From Hemiscyllium ocellatum (Eukaryota), in NCBI RefSeq assembly GCF_020745735.1, contig NC_083424.1, positions 49,338,999-49,402,998 on the forward strand: a stretch of DNA of 64,000 bases, written 5' to 3'. This document shows positions 61,250 to 64,000 of this stretch, in pieces (position 1 is the first letter of the stretch; every line of letters begins with the position of its first letter). Below the pieces are notes generated by a model. It worked only from the letters and a program-made list of their open reading frames with translations. It was not told the origin of the DNA and made no database searches. The position numbers and the translations under genes were made by a program.

Positions 61250-64000
61250 TGGAGAAGGTTTGTAGTTCATGTTGTGAATCAGGTTGTAAGTTTGCTCGCT
61301 GAGCTGGTAGATTTGTTCTCGGAGGTTTTGTCACCATGCTAGTTAACATCAGCAGTGAGCCTCTGATCCAGCACTGGTGTTCTGTTCTGATTGCTATTTA
61401 TGTGTCTTGGTCTGTTTTGGTGGGTGATATCACTTCTGGTTCTTTATCTGATAGGTTGGTAAAGGGGGTCCAAATTCATATGTTAATGGAGTTCCGGTTT
61501 GATTGCCAGGCCTCTAGGAATTCCCATGCCTGTTATTGTTTAGCCTGTCCCAGGCTGGATGTAGTGTCCCTCTTCGTCTGTGTATATGATACTAGTGATA
61601 TGTGTATTGATACTAGTGATAGTTGGTCATGTCTTTGGTGGTTAGTTGGTGCTCATATATCCTGGTGGCCAGTTTGCTGTCTGTCTTTCCAAAATCACAA
61701 ACACCTCTGGGCACAATATGCTCAAATTAGCCCGAAGGTGGGAAACCAATCCCATCTGACTGAGCGCCACCTGCCAATAACTGTACTTCCTACATGAATG
61801 CCTCAGGAAACAGGTATTACCATGATATGTCAAATACAAACCACCTCTGAACATCCCAGAAGCCAGAAGAACAGAACAGCTACAGGATGCTACGAGAAAT
61901 GATAAGTCATGCTCAACTGACTCCACAAATACAAGCGAGAAGTTTTGTACCAAAGATTTCTGTACACTAACGCGACTGACCTTGAATGGACAAGTGCGCT
62001 AGAACGAGCCATTAACACTAAACGACAGCGGATCAAGACAAAGAAAAGACTAGCCCTACAAGAAAAACTGGCCAAGATCATGCACAGCAATAACACTGAC
62101 AATTCAGAGACTTGGATAAAGAACCTGTTGAACCGACCACTCGCAGATATGGAAAAAGCCATCCTAGTAGAAGGAATGAACTTCAACCATAGGGACACGG
62201 ACGAAAAGGACATCCTAGCAGCACTGGAATCAACCCTGAAAGACAATGACTTAGAGAAAAATCCAGCAGGCCATCAGATAGACAGTACCACCCACACTTA
62301 ACAGAAGGAAAAAAGGGAACACCCTCAAAACATTGGAAAGGAAAGCCATGGAAGGACTCAGAAAAGACAAATAATGTAATCCTATTGGAAGACAGAGCGC
62401 ATGACCGTCATGACCTGAACAGAACACAATACATTGAAAAAGCAAACACACCCCTTGCAGATACCGACGCCTACCAACAGGTGGCAATGGACCCCACCCC
62501 ACAGCTAGAAAACCGTACTGCAGTATCCCTGAGGAAACTACACAATAGAGGTGAAATTAACAAGACAGATCTCCAAAGAGTGAAATCTGAAGGATCCAAC
62601 ACAATCCATTTCAATGGATTATCAAAGGTATATAAACAAGGTACCCTTAGACCCATAGTCTTACTTACCAGTACACTGACATACAGACTAGCAAAGGAAC
62701 TGCAACGTAAACTGAAACACCTAGTTGAAGACTCCAGCCACTCCATCCACTCCACCCAGGAATTCCTTAACGTCATCAAAGACACCAAGGTAGAGGATGA
62801 TGAGATCATAGTTTCCTTTGATGTGGTGGCCCAATTCACATCTATAAACTTCACCCAGGCCAAAGAAACACTGGCTTCACTGTTAGACAAATCAAGGACA
62901 CAAGCACGCAAAAACTCCATCAACAAGGATATCATCCTCAAAATAGTAGACCTGTGACTCTCAACCCACTTCACCATTGATGACAGGATCTACAAACAAA
63001 TCAATGGGATCTGTTTATAGGATCACCAATATCAGGACTCTTATCAGAAGCAGTTAAGCAGAGCTTAGAACGAACAGCCCTTCCCATGATCCATCCCAAG
63101 CTTTGGGTCTTCTATATGAATGACACCTTTGTCACCACAAAATGCAACAAGTTAGAAGAACCCACAAACACACAAACAACATATTTACCAGTATAAAGTT
63201 CACCAAAGAGGAGGAGAACAACAACAGACTCCCCTTCCTAGATGTCACAGTAGAACGAAAAGCGAATGGAGAGTTGCAGATCAGTGTCTACAGGAAAGCC
63301 ACACACACTGACCAGATACTTGGTTACAGCAACAAACACCCACAACTGGAGCTGCATCGGAACATTATGTAAGCGAACACACTGCAGCACCCCGGAACCA
63401 CGAGAAGCTGAGGAAAAAACACCTGGACAATGGGTACCCGATTAAGCGCAGTCCGCCGATTTCCTACACAACAGACCTAAACAAGAAGACATAACACGCC
63501 TTGAGACTCTAGCCACCCTGCCATACAATAAAGGTATCTCTGAGATGATGACCAGACTACTCTGGTCTCTAGGCATCATGGTAGCCCACAAAGCTACCAC
63601 TACATTGAAACAGCTCCTGATGAATTTAAAGAATCCTGTACCAACAGCCAGCAGAACAAATGCCATATACAAAATACCCTGCAAGGACTTGGAGGCTGCT
63701 ACAATTACAACATTTTAAAAGGCATCTGGATGGGTATATGATTAGGAAGGGTTTGGAGGAATATGGATCGGGTGCTGGCAGGTGGGACTAGATTGGGTTG
63801 GAATATCTGGTCGGCATGGATGAGTTGGATGGTTTCTGTGCTGTACAACTCAATGACTGCAACAAATGTTACATTGGACAGTTGGGAAGGAAACCAGCCA
63901 CCAGGATGCATGAGCGCCCAACTAGCATGACCAACTATCAATAGTATCCATACGCACAGACAAAGAGGGACACCAGTTTGACAGTTAATCCATCTTGGGA
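61250..64000 (+). mobile_element. Degenerate Penelope-like element with inverted 5' tail, in HIRA intron 1; nested CR1 tail at about 63690-63857
   Basis: RT motifs GLSKVYK..LRPIV, IVSFDVVAQFTSI, GSPIS, YMNDTF and LPFLDVTV...SVYRKATHTD, plus GIY-YIG start AIYKIPCKD. Confidence 0.88.

Noticed and set aside
55745-64000. HIRA exon 2 (GKPIFSVDIHPDG...)
   Set aside because: Not found by eye in the window, so it is presumably further downstream.

Overview
Vertebrate genomic DNA, most likely from a shark or ray: it carries HE1-type V-SINEs, abundant CR1 LINEs and Penelope-like elements. I assembled four host genes by hand from splice signals and translation. (1) The 3' six coding exons of a divergent FKBP8-like tail-anchored TPR immunophilin (+, 447-16727). 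(2) Complete C22orf39/UPF0545 (+, 24087-25884, 105 aa). (3) Complete MRPL40 (-, 37096-27734, 194 aa). (4) The first coding exon of HIRA (+, 55708-55744). The last three match the order and orientation of the human 22q11.2 block. The most unusual structure is a minus-strand LTR/ERV-like element at 43316-52533 between MRPL40 and HIRA. It has two related TG...CA-type LTRs, a PBS-like site, a leader splice donor, a tandem repeat, an env-like transmembrane remnant and a polypurine tract. Its interior has no recognisable gag/pol and instead holds a spliced, internally deleted RBPMS2 cDNA with no poly(A) tail, which suggests retroviral capture of a host mRNA. Several Penelope-like elements carry minimal hammerhead-ribozyme motifs and show inverted or foldback structures with target-site duplications. 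Gene identities rest on recalled protein similarity, not database searches, and repeat boundaries are approximate.
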